In this document: one piece after another, positions 44,782 through 59,300 of the stretch
How positions within the stretch are numbered: the first letter of the stretch is position 1
Layout of the letters: each line of letters opens with the position of its first letter
Assembly: GCA_964016885.1 (NCBI GenBank)
Contig: OZ024743.1
Location: forward strand, 354,082,001 to 354,146,000
Origin: Eledone cirrhosa
Lineage: Eukaryota
Length of the DNA stretch: 64,000 nucleotides
Direction of reading: 5' to 3'
Made by a program: the position numbers and the translations under genes
Notes under the pieces: generated by a model
Seen by the model: only the letters and a program-made list of their open reading frames with translations
Database searches by the model: none
What the model was told of the DNA's origin: nothing

Positions 44782-44846
<65 letters not shown>

Positions 44847-44848
<2 letters not shown>

Positions 44849-45473
44849 CAGCGCCCTTATTATCATATTTACACATATCTTTTCCTCTGCTGCTACGCGT
44901 CTTTTTCGTTCTATGTATCTTTACCCTTTCTAGCAGTCTCTCTCTCTGTTAGCCTCTTCCTCACCCTTCACTCACTCATTCTCTGTCACTACCTCTCCTC
45001 CTCCTCTTTCTTCCCGTTTGACCTGTGCGTAATTCTTTTCTCTCGCACGCTCGGCCAAGCTGGTCGGAATTTTTTCTCTCTCTCGTCTACGATTTCACAG
45101 AACTTATGTTCCGAATTCGCAGACCAGACCCTTCTTCCTCCCGTTAGACCTGTGCGAAATTCCTTCCTTGCTCACATTTCAAACAAGTTTGATGGTCTTT
45201 ATTCTCTCGTTCACGATTTCACCGAATTTAAATTCATAGAAATTTCGGACTTGTCTCCTTCTTCCTCACTTTCTGTTGCTTCACCATTTTGTTTGTTTAC
45301 ACTCGCGTCCCCTTTATTTACGTGTCCCAACGACTTTTTTTAGCCGTTTCTCGCACCAACCGGAGGTATATGGTCTTTAAAGCGATGAAATGCCTATGAT
45401 GGTTGGAAGATCACTGATGAAGGACAAACTTTTTTCATATGTAACCCATTTGCAACTCCGCAGCGCCCTTATT

Positions 45474-45480
<7 letters not shown>
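44847..45480 (+). mobile_element. Retrozyme-like element, one unit plus 22-bp terminal direct repeat (period 612 bp)
   Basis: cgcagcgcccttattatcatat at 44847 and 45459; (TA)n on both sides; body shared with the 11.2 and 36.3 kb copies. Confidence 0.8.
45356..45425 (+). ncRNA. Non-circularly permuted hammerhead motif, copy C
   Basis: ccaac CGGA ggtaTA|tggtctt taaagcgat GAAAtgcc tat GATG gttgg aagatca CTGATGA a. Confidence 0.75.
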
Positions 45481-45524
<44 letters not shown>

Positions 45525-45557
45525 TATATATATGTATATGATATATATATATATGAG

Positions 45558-45608
<51 letters not shown>

Positions 45609-45611
45609 TGT

Positions 45612-45989
45612 CAGTGTTTGTCAACCTTTTTGACCCGAGGGCCCACTTTTAGCTCCCGAAAAATGTCCGGGCCCACTTATTTTACAAGCGTAAACTAGTG
45701 CTCAAAAGCTATTCCGGACTATAACCCCCACATGATATATATACTAGTGCTACTCAATCTTTTTGTTCTCCCGGCCCACTTTACTCCCTAGAAATTGTCA
45801 GGGTCAGTGCTCAAAGAGCATTCTGGAACACTTACCCCCATATGATCCCGACTGCATTTAAATTTTGTGTGATCTTAAGTTCCAAGAAAGTCTGAAAAAA
45901 TTTCCAGGCCCACTGAAATTTCTCCGGTCCCACTCAAAATTGTCCCGGGCCCACTGAGTGGGCCCTTGGCCCACCATTGAGAACCACTG
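45612..45989. mobile_element. hAT (Charlie-like) MITE
   Basis: TIRs cagtgtttgtcaa and ttgagaaccactg; exact 8-bp TSD atatatgt; subterminal ggcccac repeats. Confidence 0.92.
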
Positions 45990-46119
45990 ATATATGTATA
46001 TACTGTATATATGTATATATGTGAATGAAGTAATTCCGTCGGAAAGGTCCAGGAAAAAAGAGCGCTCTATGTAGGTTACAGAGCTTATTAGTTATATAAT
46101 AAACAACATAAGGTAATTA

Positions 46120-46179
46120 TTTCATTTACCAGTGGTTTCTTGAAAGCAAACAAATTTGCTTTCAGTCATCAGAATGAAA
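46120..46179 (-). ncRNA. Type I hammerhead ribozyme
   Basis: tttcatt-CTGATGA-c tgaaagcaaa tttg tttgctttca a-GAAACCA c TGGTA-aatgaaa; 7-bp stem I, 10-bp stem II. Confidence 0.85.
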
Positions 46180-46326
46180 AAATCCTGGTGTATTTATTGA
46201 AATTGGATTTGTAAAACAAAAATATAATAAATACGAAAGTGAGGCTGGAGGAAGAAGAAGAAAAGGAGAAAAAGAATAATAAATATAAAAGTATATAAAC
46301 ACACACGCACACACACACACACATAG

Positions 46327-46434
<108 letters not shown>

Positions 46435-47099
46435 ATAAATATATATATACATATATATACATATACATATATAAATACACACACACACACATATATATAT
46501 ATATACATATATATACATACACATACACACATATATATATATATGTATATATGTATGTATATATATATGTATATGTATATGTAGCATTATCCGTAGGTGT
46601 CAAAAGGGAAAAGGAAACTGCTCAATCGGAAAGAGAGCAAACATATAATATTTATTTTTTTATACAAAGGAGCTCTTCTCTGGGACATTTTTGCCAGAAA
46701 TATAAAAATGCCAGAACTATAAAAATGAGCGGAACAAGTAAACATTAAACAATCTTTTAAATATTTCCTTGTTCCGCTCATTTTTATAGTTCTGGTATCT
46801 GAAATTAGTACCATTGAACAACAACTATTATAGACACCATATATATTTCCGTATGTACTTAGTACCTGGTGGAATATTTATATCATTTTATATGTTTTCT
46901 CCTTCTATTGTAGAGAAGAAAATGTTGTATCGTGCTGCTATTTTGTTTAGTAGAATGAAAAACAACGAGTCTATAATATTCCCACTTTTACTTGTGGCCT
47001 GTTTATGTGTAGGTCACTTTAACGGCCTGACCTCACACATCGGGCAGGAAGCGATATATTTGCAAACTGTGAGGCTTTATGTCCTATAGAATGGAAATA

Positions 47100-47179
47100 G
47101 CTGTCTGAAGAGCTGATTCTTTCCGTTGGAAAACCTCTGAATTTCCAATCTTTTGATAAGCGAAACCGTCGGTAACAGC
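47100..47179 (+). ncRNA. Type I hammerhead with long stem II
   Basis: gctgt-CTGAAGA-gct..ttggaaa..tttccaa..agc-GAAACCG t CGGTA-acagc; lies between tandem pLTR copies 46760-46890 and 47235-47362. Confidence 0.8.
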
Positions 47180-47374
47180 ATTAGAACAGGTGAATATTTA
47201 AATCGTATTTTAATTTATTTAAAAGATGGTTTAATATTTACTTGTTCCGCTCATTTTTATAGTTCTGGTATCTCAAATTAGTACCATTGAACAACAATTA
47301 TTATAGGCACCATATATATTTCCGTAGGTATTTAGTACCTGTTGGAATATTTATATCATTATATATATATATAC

Positions 47375-47466
<92 letters not shown>

Positions 47467-47743
47467 GTGTGTGTGTGTGTATAAATATAAATTCAGCGAG
47501 AATCGCATTTCGGCGGGTAGAAAAAGCGAAAGGTAACGCAAATTCTGAGTCATGCTGGCAAGCGCTCCATGGGCTAAAAAGACCAGACCAATAAACATAG
47601 GTTATAAAGGCCATACAAACTGAGAGGGCGGTCAAGATGGCATTAACCACCTAAGCCAAAAAACAATTCTAGCTAAACAGCTCAGACAAAATAAATGACA
47701 TATTCATATATATATATACATACACATACATACACACACACAT

Positions 47744-47785
<42 letters not shown>

Positions 47786-48039
47786 ACACATATAAGGATA
47801 AAGGAACAAGGATTCAGTGTTGCATTATAACATATTTAATAACATATTACATGTTTCACTATCGATCAGCACTTTCGATTACAGAGTCAGGTTCGATCTA
47901 TAATAGGTCTTGCCTCGAGCTGATCTATAGTGAGACATATGTAATATATTATTCAATATGTTATGATGCAATGCTGAATCCTTGTTCCTTTATTGTTATA
48001 GTATTATACTCTATACACACTACTATAAATAAATATATA

Positions 48040-48225
48040 ATTGTTTCTACTTTAGGCACAAGCCAGCAATTATCCAGTGCATTACTGGTACTTTATTTTA
48101 TCGACCCCGTAAGGATGAAAGGCAAAGTCAACCTCGGCGGGATTTGAACTCAGATCGTAAAGGGACGTAACTATGCTGGAAAGCATGGCGTCCGACCCTC
48201 TACCGATACTGCCAATCCACCGTCC
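48040..48225 (-). mobile_element. Meta-type tRNA SINE
   Basis: Same family as 2572-2780. Confidence 0.8.
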
Positions 48226-48684
48226 TTATATATAAATATATAATGTATAGGCACAAACTAATGCAGAGGCAATAGAAAAAATATTACTTCAATAATTTAT
48301 ATTATTTTATTCGTTTCGCCAAGCACACGAGACAACTCTGTACATGTTTCGACCTTATTAAATATTCTCAGCGAAGTATATATTTCACCATATATGCCAA
48401 AGTAATGATAATGACATCGCTATACTCTTTTGTCGGACCTTCGCACGACGAAAGCAATGAATCAGGTTAGGAAGCCAATATATATGGATATCATAAATTG
48501 CAGATAAGTGATGAAAGTGATTGTGGGGCGTTTAGGGGGAGATTGAGATTGTAAGGTATACAATGTACTTCCATACTCGACCAATCTTAAACTCAGTTAA
48601 GTGTAGTTAGAAGAAGACTTGGAGACCAATTAACAAAATATGGCACAAAGCAATCCACAGATACAGTCTTTGGGGAGACAAACA

Positions 48685-48955
<271 letters not shown>

Positions 48956-49437
48956 TTTTCCCATTACCACTACGGTGTAATATCTTAATCAGTATAATTC
49001 CCATCCTCTCACTTCCCTAACCATAAGCCGTACCGTACATTGAAATTCGATTCCTTTTCGTATCCGATCTGTCACTGAACCAAAGTTTACTCACTGAACA
49101 TCACGTGATACCAAAAGTTGCCTTCAAAATAAACTAAAACAACATCCAACACAAAAATAACAAAAACGATAGTGTAACGACGAAAGTCAAAAATAAGAAA
49201 CAAAACATTTCAAAACACACAGACACACACACACATACATACACATACATACACATATATATATATATTATAAATACACACACACACGCACACACACACA
49301 CACATACACACACACACACATATATGTATGTATGTATGTATAATATATATATGTGTGTGTGTGTGTGTGTGCGTGTCTATATATATATATGTGTGTAAGT
49401 GTGCATGTTTATATGTATATATATGAATACACACACA

Positions 49438-49525
<88 letters not shown>

Positions 49526-49972
49526 TATATAGATATATAGATATAGATATAGATATATATGTATATGTATGCATATATCAAAATGGAAGATGAAGAGAAA
49601 GCAAATCAAAGATGGCGCCTCATAGATAAGTGTTTCAGTCTTTAAGTAATTAACACGTTCAAATAGACATGTTCGAAAAGGGCAACAGGAAACTCAGACA
49701 AATCTCAAGAAACTGTCATATCTGATTGCTGCAAACGTATCATTGACAATTGGTGTTCAATACCGTTGAGGATTGAACCAAGGAACAAGCCAACCAAGCC
49801 ATCAAACAAACGGTTACGATTGTCATATTCGACGTTTCGGTTTTCGTATTTTGTTCTTCTTCATTATCGGATTTTCATTTTCTTTTCAATATAGGATTTG
49901 TCATTGATTTAATGTTAACTACTACTAGTAGTATTCGTGGTGGCAATATTGGTTGCTGTTGTTGCTCTTGTT

Positions 49973-50045
<73 letters not shown>

Positions 50046-50074
50046 CAGCAATAGCAGCAACAGTAGTAATACTA

Positions 50075-53000
50075 TTATTATTATTTTTTTAGTCTCAGTC
50101 ATTGATGTTATTTAACTGGAAAGTTTGTTGAAATGAATATCAAGTCGCTACTTGCAGCCTCAGATATTCAGGACGTATCGGGGGGTTCTTGCTGTTCCCA
50201 GCAAGCATGCCTTTTGAAGTGTTCCAAAAAGCGGGGCTGGACTAATTTTCTTTAACCATCCTTGGAAACTCTTTGAGATAGTACCTAGTGCGCCTATGAC
50301 AATCGGGACGACTCCGACTTCATGGCAGTTCCAAATCCCTTTTACCTCCCACTTTAAGTCCTGGTATCGGTTAATTTTCTCCCTCTCCTTTTCTTGCACT
50401 CTCGTGTCAAATGGGCAGGCTACATCTGCAATCAGGCTAGATCTTTTTTCCTTGTCCAAAACTACCAGGTCAGGCCTATTGTGTTCCAGTTTCTTGTCCG
50501 TCTGTATCCTAAATTCCCATCGCACCTTCACCTGATCGTTTTCTATCACCGACTCTGGCTTATGCTTATACCATTTCTCAGAATGTGGTAAATTGTTTAC
50601 TTTGCATAGGTGCCAGAGGATCACCCTGCCCATCACATCATGTCTCCAGCCTTTATAGTGAGTTTGGGCTAGGTGTTTACACTCGGATACAATGTGAGCC
50701 ACAGTCTCCTTTCTCTCTCCACAGATCCTACACAGTGGGCTAGCCTCCTCCTTGTAAATATGGTGTTTCATCCACTTCGTTTTGAGGGCCTGCTCTTGCG
50801 CAGCTATTAGCATTCCTTCTGTAGCCTTTTTAAGGTCTCCTCTTTTCAACCAGTTCCATGTCTGTGGATCTCTAAATTCAGTTTTCTCAAAGAAGGTACT
50901 ATGAAGGGATTTTTCATGAAGGTTGCTCTTTCTCCTTGTTGTTATTTCCTCCTTGGACATCCCCTGGTCTATTGTTTTCTCCTTCAGTACAATTATGAGC
51001 ATTAGCTCCCTACTATCAGTCACGTATTTGTGTAGGTTGTTTTTCCCCATCTGAACACAGTCCTCTATGCTGATAAGACCTCTTCCACCTTCAGATCTCA
51101 TTAAGTAGAGTCTATCGACATCACTCCTCTTGTGGAACATGTTGTAGATAGTCAATAGCTTCCTAGACTTCCTATCCATTTCTTTTTGTTCAGCAACATT
51201 CCATCTCAGAATTCCCGCACTGTACCTAATAATAGACATAGCCAGGGAATTTACTGCACTTATGGCATTCCTACTGTGAATTTAATACGCTTCTTACTCT
51301 CCGAATGTATTCAGATCTTATAAATTCCTTCATTTTTATGTTCTCGATGTCATCAGCTTCCAGAACACCTAAATATTTGTATCCTTCTTCAGCATCAATT
51401 TCCTTTATCACCTCACCTGTTGGTACCTGGATTCCGTTGCTTCTGCTCAATTTACCCCTCTTCATCACAAGGACTCCACACTTACTAATACCAAATTGCA
51501 TACATATATCATTGCTGAAAATACGGACAGTGTCAACAAGCACATCCAACTTCTTCTCACTCTTCCCGAAGAGCTTAAGATTGTCCATGAAGAGGAGGTG
51601 ATTGATGGTAAGCTCTCCCTTTCCCAACTTGTATCCTGCTCTCACTTTTCGCAGTATAATGGTCAGGTGGATCAGGGCAAGGACAAACAACAGAGGGGAC
51701 AGACTATCTCCCTGGAAGATACCTCTCTTGATCTTCACGCCTCCCAAGGATTCTCCATCCGATGTTACCATCTTATCAATAAGTAACTGGTCCTTTGTAC
51801 CATGGGACTTCTTTCGGCATCCTTTCTGTTCGCCCGGTAACAAGTTGTTTATGTGGAGGTGATGGTAGATTTCCTCAGATACAATGCTTGTTAATAGTTT
51901 CCACATTACGGACAGACATGTGATATGTCTATAGTTGGTAACATCATTACCCTTGGTTCTGCTTACATTACCAGAACTGTGGTACCTTTTGTCAACCACT
52001 CTGGTACCTCACCTGACATCAAGCAGTCATTGAACATGGTTGTCAGTTTCGGGTGGAGGGATGTTATATTTTTAATCCAATACCCCTGCACACCCACTGG
52101 GCCTGGTGATTTCCAGTTGGTTATTTTTCTGGCCTGCCCCTTAAGAGTTTCAACTGTGATACTCAAATCAGTTTGTTGGTTTGCCTGTTCACTGAATTCC
52201 TTTTGTACTGTCTCAATCCACACTGCCTGGTCATTATGTTTAACATCCGGCTCCCATATTCCTCTCCAGAATGTCTTAGATTGTTCCGCCTCAGGCATCA
52301 AGTCGTTGCCTCTTTCTTTCCCTTCAAGCTGTCCAAACAACATCTTCTGGTTGTTGTCAAACATGCGGTTCTGACTATACTGACTGACTCTGCTCTTGTA
52401 TCGCCTAATCTTTGCGCTCTTTACTACAATGCGTTGCTTCAGTTCCTCTATAATAATATTTAGCTTTTTCCTCCTAGTTTTGTACTTTATTTCCAGTCTA
52501 TTTTTAGTGTCAATGTTTTGTAGTGTCCCATTCAGTAGGGACTCAAGCTTTCCCTGATTTGACCATTCAGTCGTTTCTTCCACCAAGGTTCTGATATTTC
52601 TTGTTTGTTGTTTCCTCTCGCTTTTATGCCAAGTAATTTCCTCACCGCATTTGCTATTGCTTTGAGGATATTGTTGCACTGGTGAAGGTTCCTCGCCTCA
52701 AGGTATGGATGACTTTGTTTACCTTAGCTGTTGTTTCTTAACTTTTTCTTAACGTTTCTTAACTTTTTCCTGTCTACAAATCTTAGGTTCATAGGTTTCC
52801 TACTATCATTGTTCATTTCATCTACCACTAAGTTTAGGATATCAACCAAATCTTGTCCTAGCCTGTCAGCATTCATTTCCTCAATGACTGTATCTTTGTT
52901 CCAGGTATTATTTATTTCAGCATTCAGATCATTGTCTGCTTCGGATGCTTCCTCCGTTCTCTCAACCTCTTCACCTTCATTTCCCACTGGCTTGCTTGCC

Positions 53001-53500
53001 TGACATACTCCACTCTCCATTTCCAACCTAATCTCTCTGCTCAGTTCCTCCAGTTCCACCCATTAGTTCTTATTACCTGAGCCTGCCCGTCCAATTTTTG
53101 TTCATCTAATTTAAATAGACCAATCTCGTTCCAGATGTTATGCATCCGTTTCCTGTAACCTTTTTCCTTGGGGTTACTCTTCAGGTAACATTGTATAACA
53201 GTTCTATTCAATTCTTTCGTCCAGTTGGTTCTGGTCCCTTTCCTTCTCCTTCCTCCAACACCAGCAGTATTTGGATGACAGCCAGGTCCCTGCTGCTGGG
53301 CCAGGGAGCATCTGCTGGGTGAGAGTCTGTCACATGACATTCCAGTCTCCACTTCACCGTTATTCGAACTGTTTAGGTTCGACATTTAAACACTCATATC
53401 GAGGATTGGTGAATGTATGGTTACATAACCACCGGTGATTTCATCACCTCCAGTGATTTGATCACCCCCGGTGATTTTAGCGTGGCACTATCACGCTTTA
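50075..53500 (-). mobile_element. R4/Dong-type RLE LINE, near full length but frameshifted and internally deleted
   Basis: WTKELN N-terminus, KSPGP.G, EQKGC, RGIFQGDSLSP, FMDNL, YKYLG, CRIC..H..C, RHD, RPDL..D, PIVIGALG; short (TAA)n tail near 50075; the DYxKAxD region is deleted. Confidence 0.92.
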
Positions 53501-53719
53501 GACGAACATTAATAAATAAACAAATAAATAGGTAAACACTTAAAAAAATAAACATACGTTTCATTGTAATGTAATGTTTTAATGTCTGACTTTTGTTCGT
53601 TTTATTTTCTTTTTTTTCTGTTTACGTTTTTCGTTGCTGCTGTGCTGTTTTGATTTTTGATTTTTTGATTTTAGCTTCATGAGAAGTAGGGTTGTTGCGT
53701 TCAAAACTTTTGAAATTTG

Positions 53720-54376
53720 TTTCGACTTTTGCCTTTCATCCTTCCGGGGTCGATAAAATAAAGTACCAGTAATGCACTGGGTAATTGCTGGCCTTGTGCC
53801 AAAAGTAGAAACAATTATTATTATTATCAGCGGTGCTTATCATTATTATTATTATCAGCGGTGAATTGGCAGTATCGGTAGAGGCTCGGATATGCTTTCC
53901 AGCATAGTTACGTCCCTTTACGATCTGAGTTCAATTCCCGCCGAGGTTAACTTTGCCTTTCATCCTTACGGGGTCGATAAAATAAAGTACAAGTAATGTA
54001 CCGGGATAATTGCTGGCCTTGTGCCAAAAGTAGAATCAATTATTATTATTATCAGCCAAGGTTAACTTTGCCCTCCATCCCCACGGGGTCGACAAGACAA
54101 AGCACCAGCAATGCACTGGGAAATTGCTGGCCTTGTGCCAAAAGTAGCAACAATTATTATTATGATTATATTATACGGGGTCGATAAAACAAAGCACCAG
54201 TAATGCACTGGGCAATTGCCGGCCTTTAGGGCGGTAGATTGGCTGTATCGGTAGAGGATCGGACGCCAAGTTTTGCAGCATAGAGTTACGGCCCTTTATG
54301 ATCTGAGTTCAAATCCCGCCGAGGTTAACTCACGGGGTCAATAAAATAAAGTACCAGTCACGCACTAGGGTCGATT
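53720..54376 (+). mobile_element. Head-to-tail cluster of about five Meta-type SINE copies and 3' halves
   Basis: ggggtcgataaaataaagtaccag variants recur about five times, separated by (ATT)n tails. Confidence 0.85.
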
Positions 54377-55831
54377 TAAAGCGAAAGATTTATCTGCTTT
54401 GGGTGAGGAGAAACCAGAGTAGTAGTAGTAGTAGAAGCAGCAGTTATAGTAGTAGTAGTAGTAGTAGTGATGTTGTTGTTGTTGTTGGTGGTGGTTATGA
54501 GGATGGTGGGGATATTGTTATCGTTGTTTTTAGTGGGATTGTTGTTATTTGCATTGGACGCGGGTGTTGTTGCTGCTGTTGTTTTTGATGTAGTAGCAGT
54601 GGTGGTGGTGGTGGCCGATACTAGTCGAGAGTTTGTTGTAGTTGTTCTTGTTGTAAAAGTAGTAACTTTATCAGTAAATATTGAGCTGATATGTGGACGC
54701 TGTGAACTTATAGTGTCGGTTGTATCGGACAACAAAATACATTGCTGTATGTGTACCGGCTGTTTGCGTGTTGTGTTCAAATCCCGCTATGGTCAGGTTT
54801 GCCGTTCTTCCTTCCGAGGTCGATAAAATAAGTACCGGTATCTGGGATTGATTTAATTCAATTTTGTGTCCCCTCTACGTAATTAATGGCCTTGTGCCTA
54901 AATTAGAAGCTATTATTATTGCAATTTAAATTCGACCTGCTAAAAATAGACGATTTCCCCTCATATCACATCTTATAAAGAACAAGCACACATAGGATAA
55001 TATAGTCCTAGATACACTACGTCTAAAGAATAAAACATATGTACGAGATGGTCAAAGTTGATGGCTATTTTTGTTGGTGGTGGATGTGGGTGTTGTTTTT
55101 ATTTCCCTTGCAGTAATGGTAGTATTGCTAGTGAGCAATGGTGTTATTGTCGTTGGTGTTGGTAAGCAAAAGTTCAGCTCTGATTGAGTTGACCTATGAT
55201 CAAAAGCTTTCCAGCGGTGGCCATCTCTTATTTTGTCTTATGTACAAGGATCCCAAGACTACATTATCCAACGTGTCTTTCAAGCAACACTGTCGGTTTC
55301 ACTTGAGGGAGATTTGGCTGGTATATATCATAGCTGAATGTCATTTGATGTGCTTCAGTGTCAAAAACATTGAATACATATGTATGTATAAACAACTGGC
55401 AACGCTCACCAAGCAGGCGTGGCGAGGTGCTTAATGTTTGGACACTTCGTATGATGAAAAATAAAAGCTCTCAAATAGTTAGTATATGTGTTTGTGCATA
55501 TATACGAGATATATATGAAGGGAACATTTTGCTTTGTTTTTACTGGCTATCCTGCTTTCCTTTTACTTCAGAAATTCAAAGAGATTCACACGCATCGCAG
55601 AAAATCTTCTGTTGCTACTTTTTCTGTAACCCATTTTTCGTGAGAAAATCAAGTGAAAATCAAGGCTCAATCTTCTTGGAACTAACACCAGACAGCATAA
55701 TTTTCTTAGCAGCGACGATGGTATTTTGGACGTATATGATAATGAAACACCACCTCTTCCATAGTTTTCTAGTTCATTGGGGCATGCGAACTGTGAAACA
55801 TAGGCAGGACTGATAGGTCACGGTACTACGT

Positions 55832-56316
55832 TATGTATGTTATCTCTTTCTCTTAATTTCGAGTATATTTTTTTGACCAGCCACCTTCCTGGTGGCAAGG
55901 TTGTAAAAGAAAAGAAATTGTCATCCCTTGAATCGCAAGAATATTTTGCAAATTTTGAAGGTGCCAGCTATCGCAGCCATTTGTAGACTATGAATTAGGG
56001 AGCTGCGCTCTTTGTCCGCAAATCCAAGTTCAGTCATACATTGGTCCAAGCGGTTTGGTATATAACCCATAGCTCCAATAATGATGGGTATGAAGCTAAA
56101 GGTGTAGATATGTCTGCATCTCTGCATGCATGTGTGTGTGCAAGTATGGATGTTATTGTATATGTAGATGTGTATGTTCTGAGTTGTATGTGTGCATGTG
56201 CATATGCTTTGTATCTGGACAAGTGTATATGCAGTTATTAGATGCAGAATTTTTGGAATGTTTTACATATTTTTACTGTTCCATTAATGGATTGTACTTG
56301 TAATTTCCTAACTAGT
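55832..56316 (-). mobile_element. Chimeric pair of R4/Dong 3' fragments
   Basis: 55840-56107 duplicates 56338-56604; 56104-56316 is the reverse complement of about 40027-40205. Confidence 0.85.
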
Positions 56317-56337
56317 CATGTATGTATGTATGTATGT

Positions 56338-59300
56338 TTTCTCTTTCTCTTAATTTCGAGTATATTTTTTTGACCGGCCACCTTCCTGGTGGCAAGGTTG
56401 TAAAAGAAAAGAAATTGTCATCCCTTGAATCGCAAGAATGTTTTGCAAATTTTGAAGGTGCCAGCTATCGCAGCCATTTGTAGACTATGAATTAGGGAGC
56501 TGCGCTTTTTGTCCACAAATCCAAGTTCAGTCATACTTTGGTCCAAGCGGGTAGGTATATAACCCGTAGCACCAATAATGATGGGTATGAAGCTAAAGGT
56601 GTATCTTGGATACTGGATTTGTAAACTCCTCATCAATGGTCCGTAGATGTCCTCCTTCTCCTGTATTTTTCTGACAACGTTTACATCAAGTGGGCAGCTG
56701 ATCTCCACAACAGAACACGTTTTCAATGTGTGGTCCCAAACTACAATATCAGGCCGGTTGTGCTTTAATTTGGTGGCAGTTTTTATTTTCAGGTTCCACC
56801 AGTATTCCTTAGTGCCATCTGTCTCAATATATTCTTCCTCGTTTGTTGTTAATTTTGTTTTCCGAAGTGCGTTCCAGATGGTTCTAGCTATCCCATCGTG
56901 TCTCATGGGGAGGTAGTAGCGAGATGACATTCTTTCGCAGCTGGCAACAATGTGGCTTACATCCTCGATCTTTGTTTTACATAGCCTACATTTATTGTCA
57001 GCTGCTGGCCCTCCTCTTTTGTGCAGCAGATATTTGGTAGGGAGTTCTTGTTCCTGTATTGCATAGAGATATCCCTCAAGGTGTGATGTCATAAACTTGT
57101 CGGAACTCCATGCCAGGCTTTTTGAGTGGTTTATCCCCTCTATGGTCTGTGTTTTACGCCTCAAGTATCCATGCACAACTTTTTCTGTAAATTGGTCAAT
57201 TTTTTTATCTTGTTTGAACATTGAATAGGATCTTCCGATTTCTCTGGGTGAGAGATTTATATCAGGCTTTATTCCATATCTCTCCTCCAGATCAGTCGCT
57301 ATTCTAATGATATTTCTTTTTTCATGGTCATAAACCTGGGCAAGATGGTTGCCAACCTTTTTCCTCTGTTGAAGGTGTTGCTTCAGTGTCACTATCCGGG
57401 TCTCATATGTTGTTAATATTGATTTTAGACCTCGGCCACCTTCCTTGCGTGAGAAATATAGCCTATCCACATCACCATTGATGTTAAAGTTCCCAGTAAC
57501 ACTGAGAAGTTTTCGAGTTCTAACATCCATCTCACTTAGTTCTTGCAATGACCAGTTCAGTAGGCCAAATGTTGGCGTTAGAATTGGCACAGCATAAGTA
57601 TTGTGGGCAATGTATTTGTTGTATGCTGACAGTTCTGATGACCATATTTTCTTTACTCTTCTGAGGTATTCAGTTCTGGTTCTCTCCTTATTTATGGGTC
57701 CATCATATCTGACATTCTCATCCTGTCCAAGATATCTGTAGTTGTCACCTGACTGCAGAGGTTGTATTGTCAGGCCGTTCATCTCTAGATTTCTAGAGGA
57801 GGGCACAGCTCTTCCACGTTTTACTGCCAAATATGCACACTTGGACTCACCAAATTTCATTTTGATGTCGGTTGAAAATTGTGTAATGAGGTCCAATTGT
57901 TTCTTGATGTCAATGATATTTGGCCCATACAACTTCAGGTCATCAACAAAGAAAAGATGGGAGATACTTCTGGTCCCACTTCTTTGTCCACCTTGTTTCC
58001 TGAGTAGGTAAGATAGTGGATTCAGTGAGAGAACGAAGAGTAGCACTGACAAGCTATCACCCTGAAAGATGCCCTTCTGGTAATGTATCTTATCAGTCTT
58101 AACCTGCTCCCTCTCACCTCTAAGGATCAAACTGGTGTACCAGTCCTTGGTCAGGCGTTCAACAGCAGCTACCAATGGTTGTGGGACTTTAGCTAACTGT
58201 AAAGCCTTAACAATCCACCCATGAGGTACACTATCAAATGCTTTTTGATAGTCCAGCCACACGACAGTCATGTTTCTGCGATTCTTTGTTGTTTTTTCCT
58301 GAATCATTTTGTTAGTTAGTAGGTGATCTATGCAACCCCACACCTCCCTCTTTCCACCAGCTTGCTCAGGTGTTATGATGTTGTTGGTAGCACAGTGATC
58401 CTGTAAGAACAGGTTAAGGCACCCAGTATATAATTTATACATGATGTTTTGGCAGGCAATTGGGCGGTAATTTTTAGCAAGGGTGGTTTGGCTATTTTTG
58501 GGAATGAGGAGAGTAGAGGCAGTTGATAACCATCTGGGCAGTTCTTGTGTGCCCTTAATGGTTTCTGTAAACAGCCGTATGAGATCTTGCCGATAGAAAG
58601 TGAAATTCTTCAACCAGTATCCTGTAATGAGGTCTGGGCCTGGCGATTTCCTATTCGACATTTTCTGTAGAGCTGTTTCCAGTATTGACCCATCTATGTC
58701 ATATTGTTTTGTCTGGACATGTTGGCAGTAGTCCTGTTCCAGTTCTTTTAGCCAATTAGCTTGTCTGTTGAATCCGTCATCCGTTTCCCATACAGATCTC
58801 CAGTAGCTCTCAACCTGTTCTTTTGAAGGGGTGTCATTTACAGAGATTGAGCTTTTGCCACCGAAGCTGCGATAAACTGATTTAGGATCTCTGGCAAACA
58901 ATCTATTTAGTACTTGTCGTTTATGTGCTGTTGACTTATATTTTAGTCTTTCTGTTGTAGCTGTGAGTTGTTGTTTCAACTGGTGTAATTTGGAGTTCAA
59001 AGTTTTAAATTTTGTATCTCCAAATCTTCTCTCTAACTTTTTCTTTAGGTCTTCCTGGTGTTGTGTGAAGTTGCTCTCTATGTTTCATTTCATAACGACT
59101 GCGATGTATGAGATACTTCGTCTCAGGGACAAAATTTTGGTTTTTAAATTTCGCATCCACGCTGGTTCAGGCTTTCTGTTTGTATCTTGATTGCGTGGTT
59201 TTAGATGTGTGTTATATGATAGCAATGTGACAGCTGAAACATATAACAAAACATTAAGCGTTTCAAATGTCGTTTCTACACCTTTAGATCGTATAGCCTT

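Noticed and set aside
47842-47938. Hammerhead scaffold on minus strand with good stem II and GAAACATGTA
   Set aside because: CUGANGA box deleted down to CT; non-functional relic
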